From an uncultured virus (IMG/VR IMGVR_UViG_3300023210_000024) (taxonomy: Duplodnaviria > Heunggongvirae > Uroviricota > Caudoviricetes), in IMG/VR virus record IMGVR_UViG_3300023210_000024: a stretch of DNA of 64,000 nt; one strand, written 5' to 3'. The notes beneath the pieces are model-generated. The model was not told the origin of the DNA and searched no databases. It worked only from the letters and a program-made list of their open reading frames with translations. Shown piece after piece: positions 8,878 through 17,014 of the stretch; position 1 is the first letter of the stretch; each line of letters starts with the position of its first letter. The position numbers and the translations under genes are program-made.

Positions 8878-10028
8878 TATCTTACCATGTCCACTATTTT
8901 ATTATCTATACTATATTCCGTATATATTTCCAACTCTGTTCTAATTCTATCTTCAGAACTTAATTTTTCCCATCTCTTCTGTGCTTTCTTTTTCCACCAT
9001 TCATACATGTACTCCAAATTATGTTTATGAAAGTTTTGACCTTCTTTTAAAGGTATAGCTCCTTGGGAGTTAACGTGTTCTTTTACGTTGTCAAAACCAA
9101 AATTAGAATAGTAATATCTTTTCTTGGTTTTAGCTTTCATGCTTTCTTTGGTGAATAGGTGGAATTCTTTATAAGCCTCCTCATCGTAGTGTTTTAAATG
9201 GTTTTTGAGTATTGAAATAGCTTTATTAAACTCTCTCATTTTTGGTCCTGAAGGTTTAGGGTCAACTGTGTTACCATTCCACTCTTCTTTACCGTATAAC
9301 TCCCTCATTCTACCTCTAATTGGTTCATACACCTCTTGTGTTGGAAATAGAAATACGTCTGATTCTGTCATCGCTTGGTATCTCATAAATGGTTTAAGTC
9401 CATCATATTGGCTAACACCTTTTAGGTCACCATATAGTGATGTTGTTTCCATAAAACAAGTTTCAATCTTTTCACCGTACTTATCTTTTAACATATTCCT
9501 TATTTCGTGAGAACAGGCAATTAAAGCCAATAACTTCCCACCAAGACAATTAAAACCAAAAGGTTGTACTGGTACTATAATAGCCCCATTAATCATACTT
9601 CTATTAACTTGTGTAGCGACCACTTTTTCACCAAAATAATCATTTCTAGGTTTAATAGCTAAAACTGGTGATGCCATTCTAATAAACCCCACATAAGTAT
9701 TTGTGGTTGTTTCTTCTATCCCCAAGGTTATTTGCCTACCAATTTGGGGTTCTAATGGTAATGAGGTTATAATCTGTGTTGAGGGTGTGAACATTTTACC
9801 TTCAATAACTTTTATCCTAAAATTCATGTCTTTTGGCTCTACTGTTGGGTCATTGAACATGTTTACTGTGTATTTTTCATGGTTAATGTCAACAATTTTT
9901 TCTTTTTTTCTAGCTAAAAAATAATCTTGTATCGTATCTAAATTCTCATAAAACCCAACAAAAGTGTCTCTAATTTCTAAAGTCTCTTCTTCTGTTAATA
10001 AAGGTTCGAATTCTTTTTTTTCTGCCAT
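8877..10028 (-). CDS. DUF4338 / DruA-like protein
   Basis: GRQI...GFIRMASPV...PFGFNCLGGKLLALIACS...ETTSLYG...SQYDGL motif series. Confidence 0.7.
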   Translation of the reverse strand: MAEKKEFEPLLTEEETLEIRDTFVGFYENLDTIQDYFLARKKEKIVDINHEKYTVNMFNDPTVEPKDMNFRIKVIEGKMFTPSTQIITSLPLEPQIGRQITLGIEETTTNTYVGFIRMASPVLAIKPRNDYFGEKVVATQVNRSMINGAIIVPVQPFGFNCLGGKLLALIACSHEIRNMLKDKYGEKIETCFMETTSLYGDLKGVSQYDGLKPFMRYQAMTESDVFLFPTQEVYEPIRGRMRELYGKEEWNGNTVDPKPSGPKMREFNKAISILKNHLKHYDEEAYKEFHLFTKESMKAKTKKRYYYSNFGFDNVKEHVNSQGAIPLKEGQNFHKHNLEYMYEWWKKKAQKRWEKLSSEDRIRTELEIYTEYSIDNKIVDMVR

Positions 10029-10031
10029 TTT

Positions 10032-10061
10032 TTTGTTTATTAATATTTTTTTATATCTTTA
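10032..10061 (+). promoter_or_regulatory. Bacteroidota-type promoter variant
   Basis: TTTG (10032-10035), 18-nt spacer, TATCTTTA (10054-10061), upstream of the + strand ORF. Confidence 0.4.
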
Positions 10062-10110
10062 TACACCAATAGTAAGAATAATCAATAAAACAATAAACAC
10101 TTTAACTACA

Positions 10111-10407
10111 ATGAAAAAAATAATTTCAATACTAAACATTTTATTAATCTCCACAATATCTTATTCACAAATACCGATGAGTGTTGGTGTTAGTTGTGGC
10201 GATGGTAAACCGTATATTAAACAAAAAAGATTTAAACCAAAAAGTTATATTGTGATAACTGATTATGAACCTACTATGGAAGTTTTAGATTCTATTCTAA
10301 AAAAAGAGTCTTACATGCTTATTGATGGTTCTCGATGGTATATTATACCTAATAGTAAAAGAAAAAAGGTAGATAAAGCTTTGTCAAACATTGAACGTAG
10401 TGTGTAA
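10111..10407 (+). CDS. Small exported protein with Sec signal peptide
   Basis: Start reassigned to ATG at 10111. MKKIISILNILLISTISYS|Q signal peptide. Confidence 0.7.
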   Translation: MKKIISILNILLISTISYSQIPMSVGVSCGDGKPYIKQKRFKPKSYIVITDYEPTMEVLDSILKKESYMLIDGSRWYIIPNSKRKKVDKALSNIERSV

Positions 10408-10421
10408 TGATTAACATTGTG

Positions 10422-10616
10422 TTAATCATCTATATTACCCAACCCCCAATAAGTTTCTAAAAGGAACTTTTCTGTTTCTCTTATGTTTGGTGTAGATACC
10501 CCTAAGGCATACGGTAACCAATACCTTTCATAAAAATAAGTGGGGTCATTTTTACATTTTTCCATTTCTTTTTTTATTGAAAATATGTGATTGTATTTTT
10601 TCTTTTTAGGTTCCAA
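10422..10616 (-). CDS. Small protein resembling the N-terminal segment of gp17-type terminase
   Basis: KEMEKCKNDPTYFYERY resembles the E..KC..D..YF...Y segment that precedes the gp17 ATPase. TTG start. Confidence 0.5.
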   Translation of the reverse strand: MEPKKKKYNHIFSIKKEMEKCKNDPTYFYERYWLPYALGVSTPNIRETEKFLLETYWGLGNIDD

Positions 10617-10618
10617 GG

Positions 10619-11050
10619 TTAAAATACTTTTGGTACCGCTTTATAGGTGTGTGTGGGTGTTTCACTTAATCTATTTAGATTTGTTTCTACATTACTAACC
10701 CATTTTATATTGTAAAAATCATAATCCTCTAAATTTTGTCTTAAATCTACAACAAATACTTCATAACCTAACGCTCTATTTAGTTGTAAGGTTAGTTGTA
10801 TCATATTACATTGGTCATTGTGATTATAAGGTATTGCCAACCCATCATCGGTTAAAAGTGTTACATTAGAGTAGTAAGTGGTTTCGAATAAATTACCACA
10901 CCAGTGTCTCATCATTTCTAATTTTCTATTAGTATCTGTTGTTGTGTTAGCTCTAGGGTGTGAACCCCACATAGACCAACACCTATAAAAAAACGTTTGT
11001 AAGTTTCCATACATTCTGAATTCACTATCATTAAATTCTTTTTCCATCAT
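10619..11050 (-). CDS. Hypothetical protein
   Basis: 143-aa ORF in the operon. Confidence 0.7.
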   Translation of the reverse strand: MMEKEFNDSEFRMYGNLQTFFYRCWSMWGSHPRANTTTDTNRKLEMMRHWCGNLFETTYYSNVTLLTDDGLAIPYNHNDQCNMIQLTLQLNRALGYEVFVVDLRQNLEDYDFYNIKWVSNVETNLNRLSETPTHTYKAVPKVF

Positions 11051-11061
11051 ACTCAGTCTTT

Positions 11062-11415
11062 TTATATTTCATTTTTATACATTTTATAAATCGTGAACCA
11101 ATTAACTAACCACACCCTTTTAACCTTTATTACGTAATTTAATTCTGTAGATTGTTTTAGTGACATCACCCTATGGTGCCCATCAATACAAACATTATCC
11201 CTAGTTATTTTAGGTAAATTATTGTTATATCCATCTCCATATCCACCTTTTAAAATAGTATTCTTTAATTTTAATTGTTCCTCAGTCCAATCTAGTATCT
11301 CTATCTCATCCACCTTCTTTAACGTTTCTTTATCGGACACGAATTTTATATCACCAATTCTTATTTTAGTGTTATAACTGAGTAAGTAAGCTAATATCAT
11401 AATTAATTTTCTCAT
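11062..11415 (-). CDS. ParB/sulfiredoxin-like small protein
   Basis: LPKITRDNVCIDGHHRV motif. Confidence 0.65.
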   Translation of the reverse strand: MRKLIMILAYLLSYNTKIRIGDIKFVSDKETLKKVDEIEILDWTEEQLKLKNTILKGGYGDGYNNNLPKITRDNVCIDGHHRVMSLKQSTELNYVIKVKRVWLVNWFTIYKMYKNEI

Positions 11416-11427
11416 TACTTTTTATTT

Positions 11428-12192
11428 TTATAATTTATGTTTTTCAACCCTTTTTTTAACCCAAAAATCTAAAACTTTCTTTGCTTCTAATCCCATATAC
11501 GGAACTGGTATTATTTCAAACTCATAATCTTTTTCTGGGTTAAGATAAAGTAATCCCATTCTTCCCACCTTTTTACCTGTCTCCATTTGAAACATGTAAG
11601 CGTAGATTGACATCTGTAACCCATATATGTTATATTGACAATCCGATAAATAAGTTAATGGTGACTTTAACCATTTACCATAATCAGAAACGTAATCAAT
11701 TTTTTTATTTGTTTTAAAATCCCACACATTGAAATACTCACCACAATCCTCAATAATATCCGCAGTTCCCGCTAACTCATGTTTTTCAGAAAATAAAATT
11801 GTTTCAGGGTATATTATACCCTTAGTCATTGGGTCTATCTTTTGAAACTTAGTTATTATCTCACTTTCGTAATCACTTTTTGGGATATAAATTTTGTCCG
11901 CTAATAGATACCTTTCCAATATCTCATGAACCTCTGTTCCGTATTCGTTAGCCTCATCATTAATTCTTTTCCACTCATCTAATATCTGTTGTTGATTCAT
12001 ACCCTTATATTCGGGTTTTCTAACATCCTCTGATTGTTGTGAAATTCTAAGAGCTACCTCTTCAGCCGGAAACTCAGGTTCAAGCATTGCTAGGACCGTT
12101 GTGACGGACTTATACTTAACGTTTGTGTCTTTATGTATATAAACGTGCTCTTCGGGTTCTAACCAAACTTGTGAGTCTCTTTTAGTCGCCAT
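11428..12192 (-). CDS. PD-(D/E)XK exonuclease (RecB/Cas4-like phage family)
   Basis: SVTT, GTEVH, E...AGTADII...DFKT and QMSIY motifs. Confidence 0.88.
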   Translation of the reverse strand: MATKRDSQVWLEPEEHVYIHKDTNVKYKSVTTVLAMLEPEFPAEEVALRISQQSEDVRKPEYKGMNQQQILDEWKRINDEANEYGTEVHEILERYLLADKIYIPKSDYESEIITKFQKIDPMTKGIIYPETILFSEKHELAGTADIIEDCGEYFNVWDFKTNKKIDYVSDYGKWLKSPLTYLSDCQYNIYGLQMSIYAYMFQMETGKKVGRMGLLYLNPEKDYEFEIIPVPYMGLEAKKVLDFWVKKRVEKHKL

Positions 12193-12403
12193 ATTGTTTG
12201 TCTATTATTTTTTTAATTTCTAAAACTTTTTTAGTCTCACAATCTTCATGAAAAAAAATGTCTAATATTTTACTAACTTTTCTTGATTCTGTAACTAATG
12301 AGTCAGATTTCCCTATATAGTCTTCAATACCCTTTATCCCATTTTCATTAAACTTTTTAATTAATACACCCTCATTTAAGTGTTTTTTATTAAATCCTGT
12401 CAT
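12182..12403 (-). CDS. Hypothetical protein
   Basis: 73-aa ORF overlapping both neighbours. Confidence 0.65.
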   Translation of the reverse strand: MTGFNKKHLNEGVLIKKFNENGIKGIEDYIGKSDSLVTESRKVSKILDIFFHEDCETKKVLEIKKIIDKQYGD

Positions 12404-13365
12404 AATTCACTTTCTTTTAATTTATACGCACTTTCCATAGTTTCTATAACACCCTTCCTACCAAAATCTTCATGTATTTTAGCGATGTCATAGTCTTCCT
12501 TTATTTTTATTATTTTTATTCTATTAAATAACTTACCAACATTTAATTTACTATAATGTTTTTTTGCATCATTCCAAGCGTCTGAATCCAAAAGAATTAT
12601 AACATTAGCTTTAGATTTATTGAAAAGTAAATTCATTAATTTATCAGATATTTTTTTACCTAGTATGGGTATTGAGTTGTGTGTGACCACATGGTCGAAT
12701 GGGCCCTCAACTAAATATATATCCGAATCCCAATTTAAAGAATGTTCATTAAATATTATTTGTTCTTTATCTGATTCTGGGTTTAGGTATTTTGGTCTAG
12801 CGTTAGCGTAGGTTCTTGTTACAAAATAATTTAATTCATTATTTTTATCGTAAGAAGGTATTATAACCCTAGAGTCATACTTGCCACCAACAGAGTACCC
12901 AATTTTAAATTTAGTTATTATATCCTCGGTTAATTTTCTTTCTTTAACCAAGTAGTTCCAAGCTTGTTTATGTAATAATGACTTCGGGTTTGATTCTTTG
13001 AAGTTTATGTAGTGTTTTGGTAGTTTTAAATCCTCCACCACATTCTCCTCTATTTTATTGTTTTTTAAGTAGTTTAAATCGTAACCTATTAATTTTAATT
13101 TTTTAATTTGTTGTGTTGTTGCGAAATTTTTAAATAATTTTTTTAAGGAACCTTTTGTACCATTAACCTCACCACAAGCCCAACAATTGTAAACGCCTTC
13201 CCTTAGATTAACCTCTAGATTACCCTTACCGTCACCATCATACTCACCTTTTTCAGCTGAACATGTTGGGCAATCAAAACTATACTGTTGTTTTGTGATA
13301 TTCCTTTTTTTAGGTTTACCCAAGACATCAATTAAAATACCATATATTAGTCTATTCTCTGACAT
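12400..13365 (-). CDS. DnaG-type DNA primase
   Basis: Zinc finger CPTC...CWAC; RVIIP; KYLNP; TOPRIM LVEGPFD and LDSD. Confidence 0.92.
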   Translation of the reverse strand: MSENRLIYGILIDVLGKPKKRNITKQQYSFDCPTCSAEKGEYDGDGKGNLEVNLREGVYNCWACGEVNGTKGSLKKLFKNFATTQQIKKLKLIGYDLNYLKNNKIEENVVEDLKLPKHYINFKESNPKSLLHKQAWNYLVKERKLTEDIITKFKIGYSVGGKYDSRVIIPSYDKNNELNYFVTRTYANARPKYLNPESDKEQIIFNEHSLNWDSDIYLVEGPFDHVVTHNSIPILGKKISDKLMNLLFNKSKANVIILLDSDAWNDAKKHYSKLNVGKLFNRIKIIKIKEDYDIAKIHEDFGRKGVIETMESAYKLKESEL

Positions 13366-13495
13366 ATTATAAGACTAACATTTTTTTATGTAAAAATAAA
13401 GGGGAGATTACCACCAATGATAATCATCGTTGTTTATATACACAACTAAACTAATAAAAACTACTATAGCTAATATAAGTAACACAAGGTTTGGC

Positions 13496-14140
13496 CTATT
13501 CTGTTTTAACTTTTTGTTTACAATCCCAAAAACCATCACGACACATTAAAGCTCTAACACAAGCGTAACTATCGGTCATATCAAAATTTTCTTTTTTAAG
13601 GGTATTATTTTTTGTGTATTCCCACACTATCTGTGGCTCTAGGTCAGCCACCTTTTCCCAAATAACCATTTTCTTATCTGTAGTCCAATCATAATTACCA
13701 AATAAAACTGGTTTTTTCTTACTGATTTCTTTTTCTGTATATGGTTCACCTTTTTTATTGTGTGTCCTAATTTGCATTAGTTCTGGGAAAGAATATGCTC
13801 TAGCGTCATATGATGATATAAAATCTGGTATGACATTTAAAACCTCTGATACCATTTTTGATATCATACCATTAAACTTTAATAATGTTCCAACTGTGTA
13901 GACATTATTACTATTTAAAAGAGGTTCTTCTATTATCACCTTTTCTATATCTAACTCTATATATCTAGTTAATAATTTCTCAAAGGCGTCAACCTTTTTA
14001 AATAACAATTCCAACTTACTATCTGGTAACGGTTTGATTTTTGGTGTTATGTGTGTTAGTTCCAACAATTTACCATCTTCTTCGAATAGAGCTATTCCGA
14101 TGGTCTTAGTTGAGACATCTAATCCTAAGATTCTTCCCAT
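13496..14140 (-). CDS. RuvC-like Holliday junction resolvase (RNase H fold)
   Basis: ILGLDVSTKTIG, IIEEP and DMTDS acidic motifs. Confidence 0.85.
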   Translation of the reverse strand: MGRILGLDVSTKTIGIALFEEDGKLLELTHITPKIKPLPDSKLELLFKKVDAFEKLLTRYIELDIEKVIIEEPLLNSNNVYTVGTLLKFNGMISKMVSEVLNVIPDFISSYDARAYSFPELMQIRTHNKKGEPYTEKEISKKKPVLFGNYDWTTDKKMVIWEKVADLEPQIVWEYTKNNTLKKENFDMTDSYACVRALMCRDGFWDCKQKVKTE

Positions 14141-14165
14141 TTTTTAAAACTTTTTTTATTTATTA

Positions 14166-15377
14166 TTAACAACTACCATAAACACATCCCCTACTTACTT
14201 GTAAACTATCAACTAAGTTACCGTCAATTGGGATGTTTAATGTTGTGATAGAATAATCATCTACTGCTTTAACAACAGGTTGTTTGCTTTTTGCGACCAC
14301 TAAACAATTACCTTGTGAGTCATTAAGTGTTATAGTATTATATGCTACATTACAATTTGAACCAGTCGCTAAAGAGTCTTCTATATAAGATTGGTTTAAA
14401 CTTGTGTTAAAGTCTTTTGGTGTCATAATTATGTCTACCTGTAGTGTAGTGTTTGTATCTATGTCTGAAGCATTTAAATAAGCTTCCGATGAAGCAAAAG
14501 TAACCATTGTGGTACCAGTACCCCCTGTACCACCAGACCAATTGAAGTTATTAACAAACGATTCAGCCCATATAAAACCTATACCCGAGTTATTAAATAA
14601 TGCTCCAGCGGCAACATCTCTATTTGGTCCTAAAGGTGTTATTAATGGGGCAACTTGGTTTGTGTATTTATTAACTACACTATACCCATCGGACCATGTT
14701 TTAGCGGTAGAGCTACCACTCCACGGAACCCAATCAGTGGACATTAAAAGTGTTAATCCAGAATCGTATATGGACTTATTTGAGCTTGTCGAATTACGGG
14801 ATTGTTGTTTTGTCTCTATAGTGGGGTTTGTTCCCATTTGATATACATACCCTATACCATAATCATTTGTAAACATCCTATTTGGTTCTGAATATGCCAT
14901 ATCTATTTTCCATGGGTCACAAACAGAAGTTGTAGATTTAACCTTTAAACTTTCAGTATCTATATATGAAGAATATAATGTTGTTGAAGAAGTTGCTCCG
15001 GTAAAAGTACCGCCAGACAATGGTATTTTAATCTCTATATTTTGACCATTAATCGATTTTCTAAAGTTTTGACTACTTACTTCGAACATAATCATACCGT
15101 TAGTACTGTAAGCATTTAATATAGATTCCCATAAGGTATCTTTCATTCCACCATCCGAATAGTCTACATTATATGAGTCAAATATTTTTTCACTGTTTAA
15201 ATTAAACATTGACCATAAACTATTATATTTGTTTGTTTTGAATCCTGCGTCATTTACGGAATCTAATTTTGTGAACTTTAGTTCAGAACCAAAAGCCATA
15301 GTAAAAACACTTGACACATTTTTACCATTCGTGATTCTTTTTTGGTCTGCCGGTATTTGTTTTAAAAAAGTACTCAT
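14166..15377 (-). CDS. Virion structural protein (tail/baseplate)
   Basis: In the structural block. C-terminus ITLNDSQGNCLVVAKSKQPVVK parallels that of 17004..19064. Confidence 0.6.
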   Translation of the reverse strand: MSTFLKQIPADQKRITNGKNVSSVFTMAFGSELKFTKLDSVNDAGFKTNKYNSLWSMFNLNSEKIFDSYNVDYSDGGMKDTLWESILNAYSTNGMIMFEVSSQNFRKSINGQNIEIKIPLSGGTFTGATSSTTLYSSYIDTESLKVKSTTSVCDPWKIDMAYSEPNRMFTNDYGIGYVYQMGTNPTIETKQQSRNSTSSNKSIYDSGLTLLMSTDWVPWSGSSTAKTWSDGYSVVNKYTNQVAPLITPLGPNRDVAAGALFNNSGIGFIWAESFVNNFNWSGGTGGTGTTMVTFASSEAYLNASDIDTNTTLQVDIIMTPKDFNTSLNQSYIEDSLATGSNCNVAYNTITLNDSQGNCLVVAKSKQPVVKAVDDYSITTLNIPIDGNLVDSLQVSRGCVYGSC

Positions 15378-15622
15378 TATATATTGTTAGGTTTAATGCT
15401 TTTTATTATAGTGCCTCCTTGAAAATGCCAAGGATTGTCTAATTGTAAAAAATCAATTCTTATTTTAGTGTTTATCTCATTGTTCTGTATGATAAATTCT
15501 TTATTCTTTGGTGAAATAAAATTATCTATAGTGGATACACCAGTATTATCGTTATTATCTGGTATTCTATTAGTGAACGTTTCTTGTCCACCATAATTTG
15601 AGTAAAATCCTTTAGCTGCCAT
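15377..15622 (-). CDS. Small putative structural protein
   Basis: 81 aa, TAATG-coupled on both sides. Confidence 0.6.
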   Translation of the reverse strand: MAAKGFYSNYGGQETFTNRIPDNNDNTGVSTIDNFISPKNKEFIIQNNEINTKIRIDFLQLDNPWHFQGGTIIKSIKPNNI

Positions 15623-16773
15623 TAGTTTATTATGATTAATTCTGTAGAAACAGTATTTACGTTATAGTATAATTCATAAGTTAGTTCACCACCAACCTTC
15701 TTGTTTTGATAAGCCCTATTAAATTTCTTACCGCTCTTAGTGTCAAGCATGAAATTTATAACAAATCTATAAACACCTGTACTTACTTCCTCACCATTAG
15801 CCTTCATAAATAGTTTTAATTTATCTGTTAAACCATCTATCGCTGGCTTATTATTATTATCTTTAAACCCATGCACCATATACGCAACACCATCTACACT
15901 TTCAAGGTTTTTATTCTCTTTATATTGGTATATCTTGTCATCTATCATTATAGCCGGATAAATTTGTTTATAAGCACCTGGGTTTGACTTTACTTTATTC
16001 TCCACATCTCCAGTGTTTAAAAATGAACCGTCAGCTACATAACCCCATCTATCTACGATTAACCCTAAAGTATTAGATGTACCAAACACGTCCACCCCAT
16101 CTATAACCATAGTATCAAATGATAGTATCATGTTAGATGGGAACCTATTACTTGTTTGTCTATTAACGAATTTTTTAATTCCAGACGTAGTTAATTCCAT
16201 ATACTTAGGGTTCACTAGTTTATAATTGTTAACATCCTTAGCGGAAGGTAATCTATACGACACATCTAAATTAGACTGGTATGTTTCTGTTACGTCCCAT
16301 GTTTTGGTTCCATAATTATACTCCTCTAAATAAGCTGAGATATAATCCCAAATCTTTATTTTTAACCCTGAAGATTTCCTACTGTAATCTGTCGATTTTA
16401 AAGCTGACAAATCATCAATCCATTTATCTATGTTTACCCTAACTGTTATGTTATTTTTTTCAAATGGTATTGAACAATTTTCACTAACAAAAGATAATTT
16501 TACTCTACTATCCAATGTTTGTATTTCTTCTGAACGTGGTGGGGTTATTGGTATAGGTTTTCTTTGTGAAAATGAACATGTCGGTATTTTTGTGGTACCT
16601 TCTCTATTACCAGTTAAAGGTATTGTAAAAAAATTAGGTTTTACACTATCTTCTTCTACACCATATATGATTGATGCATCACTTACATTAAATGATGTTA
16701 TCGAGTTTAATAAACCATTATTTAATAATGTTTTAAATCCTTCTTCTGTTATGTATGTGTCAAAATCAGCCAT
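15622..16773 (-). CDS. Putative structural protein
   Basis: 383 aa; N-terminal TEEG...G...F...D....Y module shared with its neighbours. Confidence 0.6.
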   Translation of the reverse strand: MADFDTYITEEGFKTLLNNGLLNSITSFNVSDASIIYGVEEDSVKPNFFTIPLTGNREGTTKIPTCSFSQRKPIPITPPRSEEIQTLDSRVKLSFVSENCSIPFEKNNITVRVNIDKWIDDLSALKSTDYSRKSSGLKIKIWDYISAYLEEYNYGTKTWDVTETYQSNLDVSYRLPSAKDVNNYKLVNPKYMELTTSGIKKFVNRQTSNRFPSNMILSFDTMVIDGVDVFGTSNTLGLIVDRWGYVADGSFLNTGDVENKVKSNPGAYKQIYPAIMIDDKIYQYKENKNLESVDGVAYMVHGFKDNNNKPAIDGLTDKLKLFMKANGEEVSTGVYRFVINFMLDTKSGKKFNRAYQNKKVGGELTYELYYNVNTVSTELIIIN

Positions 16774-17014
16774 TTCTTAATGGGTTTCTTAAACCGTTTA
16801 TTATTATTGTATAATTATTTTTCTTACCTACAATATCTGGTACTGGTTGGTCTGCTGTATTTAAAGTGTACATTACATTATCATCCCATAATGTAAAAGA
16901 ACTTATATTTGAATATAAACCGTCACCTAACATAGTCTCCAAACCTTTTTCAGTAAAGATAATTTCAAATTTATTTTTTTCAATATCAACAAATCCCATT
17001 TCATTATAAATCAA
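16766..17014 (-). CDS. Small putative structural protein
   Basis: 82 aa; FTEKG...G...FTLWDDNVMY module. The true start may be the internal MGFVD. Confidence 0.6.
   Translation of the reverse strand: MIYNEMGFVDIEKNKFEIIFTEKGLETMLGDGLYSNISSFTLWDDNVMYTLNTADQPVPDIVGKKNNYTIIINGLRNPLRNG

Noticed and set aside
11428..12192. Cas4 as part of a CRISPR-Cas locus
   Set aside because: No other cas genes or array, and no four-Cys Fe-S pattern. It is an ordinary phage PD-(D/E)XK nuclease.
13366..13394. TTTACA-N17-TATAAT, an E. coli-type sigma70 promoter match
   Set aside because: The -10 box directly abuts the primase ATG, so transcription would start inside the gene. Such matches are also expected by chance in AT-rich DNA.
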